This document shows positions 37,143 through 45,853 of a DNA stretch of 45,853 nucleotides, piece after piece. A program made the translations under genes and the position numbers. Origin of the DNA: a virus (taxonomy: Duplodnaviria; Heunggongvirae; Uroviricota; Caudoviricetes); the IMG/VR virus record IMGVR_UViG_3300014890_000015, positions 1 through 45,853 of that record. The stretch is one strand, 5' to 3'. Position 1 is the stretch's first letter, and each line of letters begins with the position of its first letter. A model generated the notes under the pieces. The model searched no databases and was not told the DNA's origin. It saw only the letters and a program-made list of their open reading frames with translations.

Positions 37143-37607
37143 ATGAGAAGAAAACGCGAAGAAATCGCATCGCCGGAAGCTACGCAACGTCTGCGCGCAA
37201 TCTGGGATGCAAAAAAAAGAGAGCTCAAACTGACTCAGGAGCTTGCTGCCGAGCTAATGGGTTTTGAGGCGCAATCTGCGGTTAGCCATTATCTCAACGG
37301 AAAGGCTCCACTTAATACTGATGCGGCATTAAAATTCGCTGTATTACTAAGAGTTAAGCCTGAAGAGTTGAGGCCTGATTTAGCTGATCTGATGAATTAC
37401 GTCCGTTCCTCAGGAACTTATGACGAAAGTTTCGAAGGCGAAGGTTGGCGGATGGTTAACAAGCAACAAGCTGATTTACTAGATCTTTTTGATATCCTTC
37501 CCGAATCAGAAAAAGCAAAACTAATCGAAAGACTTAAAGGTCAGAATGAACTCTACAAAGAAGCATTTGAAAATATGCTGGCAGCTCAAAAACGCATGAA
37601 GAAATAG
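37143..37607 (+). CDS. prophage repressor (RacR-like, HTH)
   Basis: 154 aa with Xre-type HTH segment; divergent from Cro-like gene; followed by terminator. Confidence 0.55.
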   Translation: MRRKREEIASPEATQRLRAIWDAKKRELKLTQELAAELMGFEAQSAVSHYLNGKAPLNTDAALKFAVLLRVKPEELRPDLADLMNYVRSSGTYDESFEGEGWRMVNKQQADLLDLFDILPESEKAKLIERLKGQNELYKEAFENMLAAQKRMKK

Positions 37608-37626
37608 CTCCCACCACCTCGTAACT

Positions 37627-37652
37627 AAACCGCCATTTTTGGCGGTTTTTTT
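37627..37652 (+). terminator. rho-independent terminator after repressor gene
   Basis: AAACCGCCA-TTTTT-GGCGGTTT followed by T-run. Confidence 0.6.
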
Positions 37653-37846
37653 GTCCCCTCCGCCCGCCCCGCCTTACTTTTTATCAAAAAAAACACTAAA
37701 AATTTCATTAGGATAGTACATTTTTATCAACAAAATGCATATTTCTATTGATCATCAATATGAACATTACTAATATTATTACAGAAGCAGCACGGCGCTG
37801 TAGGTTTTAGTTCCGCCACCCGGCGTTAAGGGGAAATGAGGTCAAC

Positions 37847-37999
37847 ATGGATACTATCGATCTTGGCAACAACGAATCTCTGGTATGTGGCGTGTTTCCC
37901 AATCAGGACGGCACATTCACCGCCATGACGTATACCAAAAGCAAATCGTTTAAAACCGAAGCTGGCGCACGTCGCTGGCTTGCCAAAAATACCAGCTAA
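37847..37999 (+). CDS. small protein (50 aa; DUF1391/YdaF-like; not in ORF track)
   Basis: GAGGT RBS before ATG; assignment from memory of Rac ydaF region. Confidence 0.4.
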   Translation: MDTIDLGNNESLVCGVFPNQDGTFTAMTYTKSKSFKTEAGARRWLAKNTS

Positions 38000-38245
38000 A
38001 CCATTTATTGGATTAATTCAATATTCTTGCTGTAGGGGTATAGCCGAGGCCACCAAAGCCCGGAGGTGGTGAAATAAAACCGGGCACAACACGAAGGCGC
38101 ATTTCCGGTATCCATAAAGAGTCGGTCTTGTCTGTTAAATTTAAATGGTGGGAGTGCGCCTCCGGTTGTGAATAACAACACTGCTGTGTGTAGTCCTGGC
38201 GGCATCAGTTTTTTCTTGAAGTTCGACTGATGTCCGCCCTTTTTA

Positions 38246-38391
38246 AAGTGAATTTTGTGATGCGGTGAATGCGGCTCAGCGCACGCGGAACAGTTAAAAC
38301 AAGCGACCTTATGGGTGAAATGCTCCGGCGTTAATTGTTAACTGGTTAACGTCACCTGGAGGCACCAGGCACCGCATCACAAAATTCACTT
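38246..38391. repeat. 22-bp perfect inverted repeat pair (38246-38267 / 38370-38391) flanking a 102-bp spacer
   Basis: AAGTGAATTTTGTGATGCGGTG and its exact reverse complement; spacer contains GTTAACTGGTTAAC. Confidence 0.7.
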
Positions 38392-38412
38392 AGTAACCAA
38401 GAAGGGAATTAT

Positions 38413-38685
38413 ATGCAAGAGATAAGTTTTGAAGTAACAGCAAAAGATGTACAGGTTAAGCCCGATTACAATCAAAAATTATGTATTGAAGTCAATGGCG
38501 TGAAGTTATCAGACCTGATTGATTCAGTTGAAGATAACGACGCTATTATTGAAATGGTTGGAGCCGAAGAAATAGCAGAATACTTTTCAACAGAGGGGCG
38601 TCTTCATGAGCTTCTGGAAGAATTTCCATATCAGGATATCGCTACATTTCTGGAAATTAATGGTTATAAAATTACCGAGGAATAA
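38413..38685 (+). CDS. hypothetical acidic protein (90 aa)
   Basis: ORF starting 20 nt after the inverted-repeat structure. Confidence 0.4.
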   Translation: MQEISFEVTAKDVQVKPDYNQKLCIEVNGVKLSDLIDSVEDNDAIIEMVGAEEIAEYFSTEGRLHELLEEFPYQDIATFLEINGYKITEE

Positions 38686-38703
38686 AGTAGCTCAGGTGGC
38701 GTT

Positions 38704-38913
38704 ATGGAACGTAATCATCTAACAGCTATCAGTGCCGCACAGAGTAAATTCGCCATCGCTGTATTTTTACAGGATGAAGAAATGTTTGAGCAGGCCATTA
38801 TTCAGTTTGCAATTGCGACCGGGAGTAAAATAAATGAACACTTTGTTCGCTCTTGTCATGACCGTTTTTCTGACATCAGGCGAAACTCAGGATGTTGTTA
38901 CCGGAATTTATAA
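38704..38913 (+). CDS. hypothetical protein (overlaps next gene by 80 nt; extent uncertain)
   Basis: ORF-track frame only. Confidence 0.25.
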   Translation: MERNHLTAISAAQSKFAIAVFLQDEEMFEQAIIQFAIATGSKINEHFVRSCHDRFSDIRRNSGCCYRNL

Positions 38914-39070
38914 CTCCGAATCTGAATGCAAGGCCGCAGCTATTGAGCAAAAAGTAGCTGGTGAATGTTTCCCTGTTGAGAAATTTATCCGGCCTGTAGA
39001 TGAAGAAATTCCCGCAGACCTCACAGGAGAAAATCATGAAAATAAAATGTGGTTACCACCTTTGCAATAA
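38834..39070 (+). CDS. hypothetical protein with N-terminal hydrophobic segment (78 aa)
   Basis: GGGAG RBS before ATG. Confidence 0.4.
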   Translation: MNTLFALVMTVFLTSGETQDVVTGIYNSESECKAAAIEQKVAGECFPVEKFIRPVDEEIPADLTGENHENKMWLPPLQ

Positions 39071-39275
39071 AGACGTTGAAGAAAGCAAAACCATTAAAAG
39101 ACCACTTCATTTCATGCGTGGAGTTATCCCAACGACGGAAATGAAAAAAATATTGTAGTGAAAGTTGTGCCGAAAAAGACCAGATGGCACACGAACTTTA
39201 ATTAACTGACTATCCGAAACTGAATTTATGCCAGCAATGGCAGGGATTCGCTCAACCTTAATTAAGGAGAAAAAC

Positions 39276-39551
39276 ATGATTACCAGTTATGAAGCCACTG
39301 TTGTTACTACTGATGACATCGTTCACGAAGTCAGCCTGGAAGGAAAGCGTATTGGCTACGTGATTAAAACAGAAAATAAAGAAACCCCTTTCACTGTGGT
39401 TGATATCGACGGTCCATCAGGCAACGTTAAAACACTTAACGAAGGCGTCAAAAAAATGTGCCTGGTGCATATCGGAAAGAATCTGCCCGCAGAAAAAAAA
39501 GCCGAATTTCTGGCAACTCTGATTGCAATGAAATCAAAGGGTGAAATCTGA
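39276..39551 (+). CDS. hypothetical protein (91 aa; RacC-like position)
   Basis: AAGGAGA RBS before ATG 39276; immediately upstream of recE. Confidence 0.4.
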   Translation: MITSYEATVVTTDDIVHEVSLEGKRIGYVIKTENKETPFTVVDIDGPSGNVKTLNEGVKKMCLVHIGKNLPAEKKAEFLATLIAMKSKGEI

Positions 39552-39651
39552 AAAAAAAGAAAGCCTGCACACTGTGCAGGCCTGAGTGAAGAACCTGGGA
39601 CATTTATTCATCACTCGCAGTAATTTTAATCTGAGTTGAGGTTAAAAAACA

Positions 39652-42600
39652 ATGAGCACAAAACCACTCTTCCTTTTACGGAAAGCGAAAAAATCATCCG
39701 GTGAACCTGACGTCGTCCTGTGGGCAAGCGACGATTTTGAATCAACCTGTGCCACTCTGGACTACCTGATCGTTAAGTCAGGTAAAAAACTGAGCAACTA
39801 TTTTAAAGCTGTTGCCACAAATTTTCCTGTCGTTAATGAACTTCCCCCTGAAGGTGAGATCGATTTTACCTGGTGTGAACGCTATCAACTCAGCAAAGAC
39901 TCCATGACCTGGGAACTAAAACCGGGAGCAGCGCCAGACGACGTTCACCATCAGGAGGATGCACAGGAAACCGAAGAACCGACGGGAGGCCAGGAAGAAA
40001 ACGCGCAGGCAGACGCCCACGAGGATTGCCAGGATTGCGAAGTCTCTGTAGCCACTTTGCGGTTCACACAGCGTCTTCTGCACATTTTTACGTATGCAGC
40101 CGGGGATCGAAAATACCTGCATCATGCCACCCGTGAACAACGCAAACACATTACTGCTCTTGAGATGGATCAGGAAAACAGCTATGTCCAGAATCTGCTG
40201 TTGGCCATACGCAGCATGGCAGAACCGACAACTCTGGATAATGCCGCCCTGCTCCGCCTGACTGATGCAATTAAGGCAGTGTTCTCTATCACGAAAAAAC
40301 ATCAGCCCTATGAATTTAAGAATTTCATTTCAGCCTGGCTGGATACCGAACACATTGATCGCGGTCTTCTGACAAAAGAATGGCGAAAAGGGAATCGTGT
40401 TTCACGCATCACTCGCACGGCTTCCGGTGCTAATGCTGGCGGCGGGAACCTCACCGATCGCGGCGAAGGTTTCGTCCACGATCTGACGTCACTGGCGCGC
40501 GATGTAGCCACTGGCGTACTGGCCCGTTCAATGGACGTGGACATCTATAACCTTCATCCGGCACACGCTAAACGCATTGAGGAAATTATCGCTGAAAATA
40601 AACCGCCCTTTTCTGTTTTCCGCGACAAATTCATCACCATGCCTGGCGGGCTGGATTATTCCCGCGCCATCGTGGTTGCGTCCGTGAAAGAAGCACCAAT
40701 AGGGATCGAGGCCATCCCCGCACACGTCACTGAATATCTGAACAAAGTACTGACTGAAACCGATCATGCCAACCCTGATCCGGAAATCGTGGATATTGCC
40801 TGCGGTCGTTCCTCTGCCCCGATGCCGCAGCGTGTAACAGAAGAAGAAAAACAGGATGATGAAGAAAAACTGCAACCATCTTGCGCAATGGCAGATGAAC
40901 AGGCAACGGCTGAAACAGTGGAACCGGATGCAACTGAACATCATCAGGACACGCAGCCGCTGGATGCTCAGTCACAGGTAAATTCTGTTGATGCGAAATA
41001 TCAGAAACTGCGGGCAGAACTCTATGAAGCCCGGAAAAACATTCCGCCCAAAAATCCTGTCGATGCAGACAAATTACTGGCTGTCTCTCGCGGAGAATTT
41101 GTTGAAGGGATTAGCGACCCGAATGATCCGAAATGGGTTAAGGGGATCCAGACCCGCGATTCTGTGTACCAGAATCAGCCAGAAACGGAACAGAACGACC
41201 CAAATACGCAACAAAACGAGCCAGAAACGAAACAGCCTGAGCCAGTAGTGCAACAACAGGAAACGGAGAAAGTTTGCACCGCCTGCGGTAAGGCTGGCGG
41301 CGGCAACTGTCCTGACTGTGGTGCGGTGATGGGCGACGCAACGTATCAGAAAACCTTTAATGAAGAAAATCAGAATGAATATCAGGAAAAAGGTCTGGAG
41401 GAAATGGAAGGTGCTGAACATCCGCACAAGGAGAACGCTGGCAGCAATCCGCATTGCGATTGCAGTGATGAAGCTGGTGAAACGACAGCACCTGTAGTAA
41501 CTGAAATCATGTGGCCGTCATATTTCGAGCCTGGCCGCTATGAAAACCTCCCGAACGAGGTTTATCACTCCGCCAACGGAATAAGCAGCACAATGCTGAA
41601 GGATGCCCGCATCAGCCTGATGTATTACCACGGACGGCACATTGCCGGAACTATTCCGGGCGAGGAAAGTGATGCATTGCTGCGTGGGCGGATTATTCAC
41701 AGCTATGTTCTGGAAACGGATAAATTCGCTGATGAGTATGCCATTCCGGTACCGGTTCCTGAATATGTGGTTACTACTTCTAACGAACTGATCGCCATCA
41801 TTAAAAAACACAATGCCAGTCTGCCAGCACTGATGACACCAGAGCAGATGAAAGAGTGGATCGAAAGCTACAACAGCACTCTTATACAGCCACTGTCGGT
41901 AAGTGCCGGGGCCGAAGAAACAGGCATCCTTTACGGTTCGCTTCCGGAGGAATTCCGGCGTATTCCTGAGGGGGAAAAACACACAGCATCAGCAATGAAA
42001 GCCTGTATTAAAGAATACAACGCAAGCCTCCCTCCTCTGCTGAAAGCCAGTGGAACACGAGAGCAGCTCCTGGAGCAAATTGAAACTGTAGATCCAGAAC
42101 TGGCAAAAAAAGAACGTGCTAAATCTTTGCCTTACAACATCAGTGGCACAAAAGAGCAATTAACCGAAATCGCCCGGAAAATTCGCCCGGAACTGGTAAC
42201 ACTGGAGGACTGGCAAAAACGCCAGCAAGAAGAAAACGCCGGGAAAACGTTTATCAGTCCGGATATGTATGAACAGGCAAAAAATATTCACGCAGCACTG
42301 CAAAACAATACTGATGCAGCAAGGCTACTCAACCACCCGGATCGCAAATCTGAAATCAGCTATTTCGGGTTTGATGAAGAAACCGGGCTGGAAATCAGGG
42401 TCCGTCCTGATATCGAAATCCGGCTGCCATACGAAAGCATTTGCGCCGACGTGAAGTCAGTCAGCCTCGGTTATGTGCGACAGGAACGACTGAAAGATCG
42501 CCTGCACCGTGAAATTATTGAACGTGATTATCACCTCAGCGCAGCAATGTATTGCGATGTGGCAAACCTGGACAAATTTTTCTGGATCTTCGTCAACAAA

Positions 42601-42798
42601 GATGCTGGCTATCACTGGGTGGCCGTCGTGGAAGCCTCGCAGGAACTCCTGGAACTTGGTCGACAGGAATATCGCCGGACACTACGACAGATAAACGAAG
42701 CTCTGGAGACAAACAACTGGCCAGCACCGATTACCGAAAGTTATACCGACGAATTAAACGACTTTGATCTTCGTCGTCTTGAAGCACTGAGCATCTGA
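39652..42798 (+). CDS. recE: exodeoxyribonuclease VIII (RecE-like)
   Basis: N-terminus [26 protein letters not shown] recalled as RecE-like; C-terminal PD-(D/E)xK-type nuclease region (RPDIEI...ADVKS); Q/E/P-rich low-complexity linker near 41160-41260. Confidence 0.7.
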   Translation: MSTKPLFLLRKAKKSSGEPDVVLWASDDFESTCATLDYLIVKSGKKLSNYFKAVATNFPVVNELPPEGEIDFTWCERYQLSKDSMTWELKPGAAPDDVHHQEDAQETEEPTGGQEENAQADAHEDCQDCEVSVATLRFTQRLLHIFTYAAGDRKYLHHATREQRKHITALEMDQENSYVQNLLLAIRSMAEPTTLDNAALLRLTDAIKAVFSITKKHQPYEFKNFISAWLDTEHIDRGLLTKEWRKGNRVSRITRTASGANAGGGNLTDRGEGFVHDLTSLARDVATGVLARSMDVDIYNLHPAHAKRIEEIIAENKPPFSVFRDKFITMPGGLDYSRAIVVASVKEAPIGIEAIPAHVTEYLNKVLTETDHANPDPEIVDIACGRSSAPMPQRVTEEEKQDDEEKLQPSCAMADEQATAETVEPDATEHHQDTQPLDAQSQVNSVDAKYQKLRAELYEARKNIPPKNPVDADKLLAVSRGEFVEGISDPNDPKWVKGIQTRDSVYQNQPETEQNDPNTQQNEPETKQPEPVVQQQETEKVCTACGKAGGGNCPDCGAVMGDATYQKTFNEENQNEYQEKGLEEMEGAEHPHKENAGSNPHCDCSDEAGETTAPVVTEIMWPSYFEPGRYENLPNEVYHSANGISSTMLKDARISLMYYHGRHIAGTIPGEESDALLRGRIIHSYVLETDKFADEYAIPVPVPEYVVTTSNELIAIIKKHNASLPALMTPEQMKEWIESYNSTLIQPLSVSAGAEETGILYGSLPEEFRRIPEGEKHTASAMKACIKEYNASLPPLLKASGTREQLLEQIETVDPELAKKERAKSLPYNISGTKEQLTEIARKIRPELVTLEDWQKRQQEENAGKTFISPDMYEQAKNIHAALQNNTDAARLLNHPDRKSEISYFGFDEETGLEIRVRPDIEIRLPYESICADVKSVSLGYVRQERLKDRLHREIIERDYHLSAAMYCDVANLDKFFWIFVNKDAGYHWVAVVEASQELLELGRQEYRRTLRQINEALETNNWPAPITESYTDELNDFDLRRLEALSI

Positions 42799-42809
42799 GG
42801 AAGGACACA

Positions 42810-43862
42810 ATGAACGAATTAACTCAACAAGAAAATATTAACTCTAATGTTGCGGTTTTCAGCCCTCAGTCCCTGGCTGCAATTCAGACATTTTCCCAGG
42901 TAATGGCTTCCGGCATGGCTACTGTACCGGAACACCTCCGGGGAAATCCATCAGACTGCATGGCCATCACCATGCAGGCGATGCAGTGGCAAATGAACCC
43001 TTACGCAGTAGCTCAGAAAACTTTCGTTGTGAATGGTGTGCTCGGATATGAAGCGCAACTGGTTAATGCCGTAATCAGTACTCGTGGGCCGCTAACCGGG
43101 CGTATTGAATATGACTGGTTCGGGCCGTGGGAAAAAATTATCGGGAAATTTGAAATCAGGAAGAACGACAAGGGGAAAGAATATCGTGTACCTGGCTGGA
43201 AGCTGGCCGATGAAAACGGGATCGGAGTTCGCGTCCAGGCAACACTACGCGGAGAGAGCAAGCCACGCGTACTGGAGTTACTTCTGGCGCAGGCCAGAAC
43301 ACGTAACTCAACGTTATGGGCCGATGATCCTCGCCAGCAGCTTGCCTATCTGGCACTGAAACGCTGGGCGCGCCTTTATTGCCCTGAAGTGATTCTTGGA
43401 GTGTACACCCGGGACGAACTGGACGAACCACAGGAAAAAATCATTAATCCGGTTCAGGAACATAAAAATACATCCGCCTGCCGTGCGGAACGTGAAACAA
43501 CAATTATTGAGCAGGATGCCGGGGAAAACTGGATCAGTGCTTTCCGTGAACGTATTGAGCAGGCACAAAGCACCGGAGAAACAACATCACTTCGCCAGGA
43601 AGTGGAAGATCATAAAAATACACTTGGCGCTCTCTACACAGAACTTAAAGGAAAAGTGGTTCAGCGTCATCACCGTCTCAATGCTATTGCCCGTATTGAG
43701 ACGATGATAAATGACCTGCCTTCATCAGGTGATCCAGAAGCAGAACAAAAATTTATTGCTCTGGAAAATACGCTGAATGCTGCACGACCACATCTGGGAG
43801 AATTATATGAGGCGTATAAAACGACACTGACAGATATGAAACCAGAATATATCGGCTCCTGA
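42810..43862 (+). CDS. putative single-strand annealing recombinase (RecT-like partner, assigned by position)
   Basis: 350 aa immediately downstream of recE with good RBS; sequence not clearly RecT-like by eye. Confidence 0.4.
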   Translation: MNELTQQENINSNVAVFSPQSLAAIQTFSQVMASGMATVPEHLRGNPSDCMAITMQAMQWQMNPYAVAQKTFVVNGVLGYEAQLVNAVISTRGPLTGRIEYDWFGPWEKIIGKFEIRKNDKGKEYRVPGWKLADENGIGVRVQATLRGESKPRVLELLLAQARTRNSTLWADDPRQQLAYLALKRWARLYCPEVILGVYTRDELDEPQEKIINPVQEHKNTSACRAERETTIIEQDAGENWISAFRERIEQAQSTGETTSLRQEVEDHKNTLGALYTELKGKVVQRHHRLNAIARIETMINDLPSSGDPEAEQKFIALENTLNAARPHLGELYEAYKTTLTDMKPEYIGS

Positions 43863-43925
43863 TATTTACTATGGCGGTGTAGCCTCACCGCCATAACAAA
43901 ACTTTATTTTATGAGAGAAAAGACA

Positions 43926-44120
43926 ATGCGGTATGAAAAAGTCAAAGCATGTCCGTTTTGTGGTTGTCCATCAGTAACGGTGAAAGCTATTTCAGGATAT
44001 TACCGCGCGAAGTGTAACGGATGCGAATCCCGAACCGGCTATGGTGGAAGTGAAAAAGAAGCACTCGAACGATGGAATAAACGAACCACTGGAAATAATA
44101 ATGGAGGTGTTCATGTATAA
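43926..44120 (+). CDS. Lar-family restriction alleviation protein
   Basis: MRYEKVKACPFCGC...C..C...ERWNKR zinc-ribbon pattern typical of Lar/RalR. Confidence 0.55.
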   Translation: MRYEKVKACPFCGCPSVTVKAISGYYRAKCNGCESRTGYGGSEKEALERWNKRTTGNNNGGVHV

Positions 44121-44301
44121 AATTACCGCCACTATTGAAAAGGAAGGTGGCACTCCTACTAACTGGACAAGGTACTCAAAAACAAAGTTAACCAAATCGG
44201 AATGCGAAAAAATGCTCTCGGGGAAAAAAGAAGCAGGCGTTTCCAGAGAGCAGAAAGTAAAGCTGATAAATTTTAATTGCGAGAAACTTCTGCCCTCGTG
44301 A
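44113..44301 (+). CDS. hypothetical small protein (62 aa)
   Basis: GGAGGTG RBS before ATG 44113. Confidence 0.4.
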   Translation: MYKITATIEKEGGTPTNWTRYSKTKLTKSECEKMLSGKKEAGVSREQKVKLINFNCEKLLPS

Positions 44302-44400
44302 GTTGCATTATATCCAAATTATAACTTCATAGCTGATTATTAATAATCAACGTCGGGCGTCAATTTCAGTCTAATATTGTCGCCCGCCAGAGGTGATGCG

Positions 44401-44616
44401 ATGGCACAAGTGATTTTTAATGAAGAGTGGATGGTTGAATACGGTCTGATGCTTCGTACTGGTCTGGGGGCCAGACAAATTGAAGCATACCGTCAGAATT
44501 GCTGGGTGGAAGGCTTTCACTTCAAACGAGTATCTCCTTTAGGTAAGCCAGACAGCAAGCGAGGGATTATCTGGTACAACTATCCGAAGATAAATCAGTT
44601 TATCAAAGACTCATGA
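44401..44616 (+). CDS. xis: excisionase-like protein
   Basis: 71 aa, GAGGTGA RBS, stop 1 nt before integrase ATG. Confidence 0.55.
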   Translation: MAQVIFNEEWMVEYGLMLRTGLGARQIEAYRQNCWVEGFHFKRVSPLGKPDSKRGIIWYNYPKINQFIKDS

Positions 44617-44617
44617 T

Positions 44618-45853
44618 ATGTCTAAATTACCAACAGGTGTCGAGATTCGGGGTAAATACATTCGCATCTGGTTCATGTTTCGAGGAAAACGATGTCGGGA
44701 AACACTGAAAGGCTGGGAGGTAACTAACAGTAACATTAAAAAGGCCGGGAATTTAAGAGCGTTGATAGTTCATGAAATCAACTCCGGTGAATTTGAGTAT
44801 TTAAGGCGTTTTCCCCAGTCCAGCACTGGGGCAAAAATGGTGACAACGAGGATCATAAAAACGTTCGGGGAGCTTTGTGATATCTGGACAAAAATTAAAG
44901 AGACAGAGTTAACAACAAACACAATGAAGAAAACGAAATCACAATTAAAAACACTCAGAATAATAATTTGTGAGAGCACCCCAATATCACATATTCGTTA
45001 TAGCGATATCTTAAACTATCGGAATGAACTGCTGCATGGAGAAACGCTTTACCTGGATAATCCAAGATCCAACAAAAAAGGAAGAACTGTGCGCACAGTT
45101 GATAACTATATCGCCCTGCTCTGTTCGTTGTTACGTTTTGCATATCAGTCGGGATTTATATCAACCAAACCATTTGAAGGTGTAAAAAAATTACAGCGAA
45201 ACAGAATAAAGCCTGATCCGTTATCTAAAACAGAATTCAATGCATTAATGGAAAGTGAAAAAGGACAGAGCCAGAACTTGTGGAAATTTGCCGTTTACTC
45301 CGGGCTTCGTCACGGGGAACTGGCTGCTCTGGCGTGGGAGGATGTGGATTTCGAGAAGGGAATTGTGAATGTCAGAAGAAACCTGACGATACTTGATATG
45401 TTCGGCCCCCCAAAAACAAATGCGGGGATCCGGACGGTAACACTACTACAGCCTGCTCTTGAAGCACTGAAAGAGCAATACAAACTGACCGGGCATCATC
45501 GCAAAAGCGAAATCACTTTTTATCATCGGGAGTACGGCAGAACCGAAAAGCAAAAACTGCATTTTGTTTTCATGCCCAGGATGTGTAACGGAAAACAGAA
45601 ACCTTATTACTCGGTAAGCAGTTTAGGTGCGAGATGGAATGCAGCTGTAAAACGTGCTGGTATTCGCCGCCGTAATCCGTACCATACGCGGCATACTTTT
45701 GCCTGCTGGCTGTTGACGGCAGGAGCGAACCCGGCGTTTATAGCCAGCCAGATGGGGCATGAAACTGCGCAGATGGTGTATGAAATTTACGGTATGTGGA
45801 TTGATGACATGAACGACGAACAGGTAGCCATGTTGAATGCGCGGTTATCGTAG
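44618..45853 (+). CDS. int: tyrosine recombinase, phage integrase
   Basis: 411 aa; catalytic-region pattern VYSGLRHGEL ... HTRHTFACWLL ... MGHETAQMVYEIYGMW (R, H-x-x-R, Y); ends at last base of window. Confidence 0.85.
   Translation: MSKLPTGVEIRGKYIRIWFMFRGKRCRETLKGWEVTNSNIKKAGNLRALIVHEINSGEFEYLRRFPQSSTGAKMVTTRIIKTFGELCDIWTKIKETELTTNTMKKTKSQLKTLRIIICESTPISHIRYSDILNYRNELLHGETLYLDNPRSNKKGRTVRTVDNYIALLCSLLRFAYQSGFISTKPFEGVKKLQRNRIKPDPLSKTEFNALMESEKGQSQNLWKFAVYSGLRHGELAALAWEDVDFEKGIVNVRRNLTILDMFGPPKTNAGIRTVTLLQPALEALKEQYKLTGHHRKSEITFYHREYGRTEKQKLHFVFMPRMCNGKQKPYYSVSSLGARWNAAVKRAGIRRRNPYHTRHTFACWLLTAGANPAFIASQMGHETAQMVYEIYGMWIDDMNDEQVAMLNARLS

Noticed and set aside
38005-38205. 66-aa minus-strand ORF
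   Set aside because: Antisense to the early-left operon, no RBS, no neighbours on that strand.

Overview
The window reads as one near-complete temperate prophage of enteric-bacterial type with a mosaic build: a lambdoid/Rac-like early region on the right and a Mu/SfV-like contractile-tail late region on the left. All family calls are from reading motifs and gene order by eye; no database search or exact GC computation was run. Right to left from the integrase end (45853): int, xis, a Lar-like gene, a possible RecT-like gene, recE, small early genes, a RacR-like repressor divergent from a YdaS/YdaT-like pair, replication genes (initiator, DnaC-like loader), a nin-like block with DUF4406, HNH endonuclease, a hok-type toxin and a Doc-like toxin module, antiterminator Q, two tRNAs (Thr-UGU, Gly-UCC), a lysis cassette, terminase, portal, head genes, sheath, tube, chaperone with a likely -1 frameshift, tape measure, baseplate and tail fibre. 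The strongest candidate for a new system is an AT-rich, self-contained single-gene insertion (4403..5750) between two baseplate genes, encoding an HsdR_N / PD-(D/E)xK nuclease-like protein with its own promoter-like leader and terminator. Secondary candidates are a Doc-like toxin with an unlisted 59-aa upstream partner flanked by identical hairpins, a structured 750-bp non-coding region in the late operon, and a 22-bp perfect inverted-repeat pair in the early-left operon. The window begins and ends exactly at stop codons, so att sites and host flanks are not visible.
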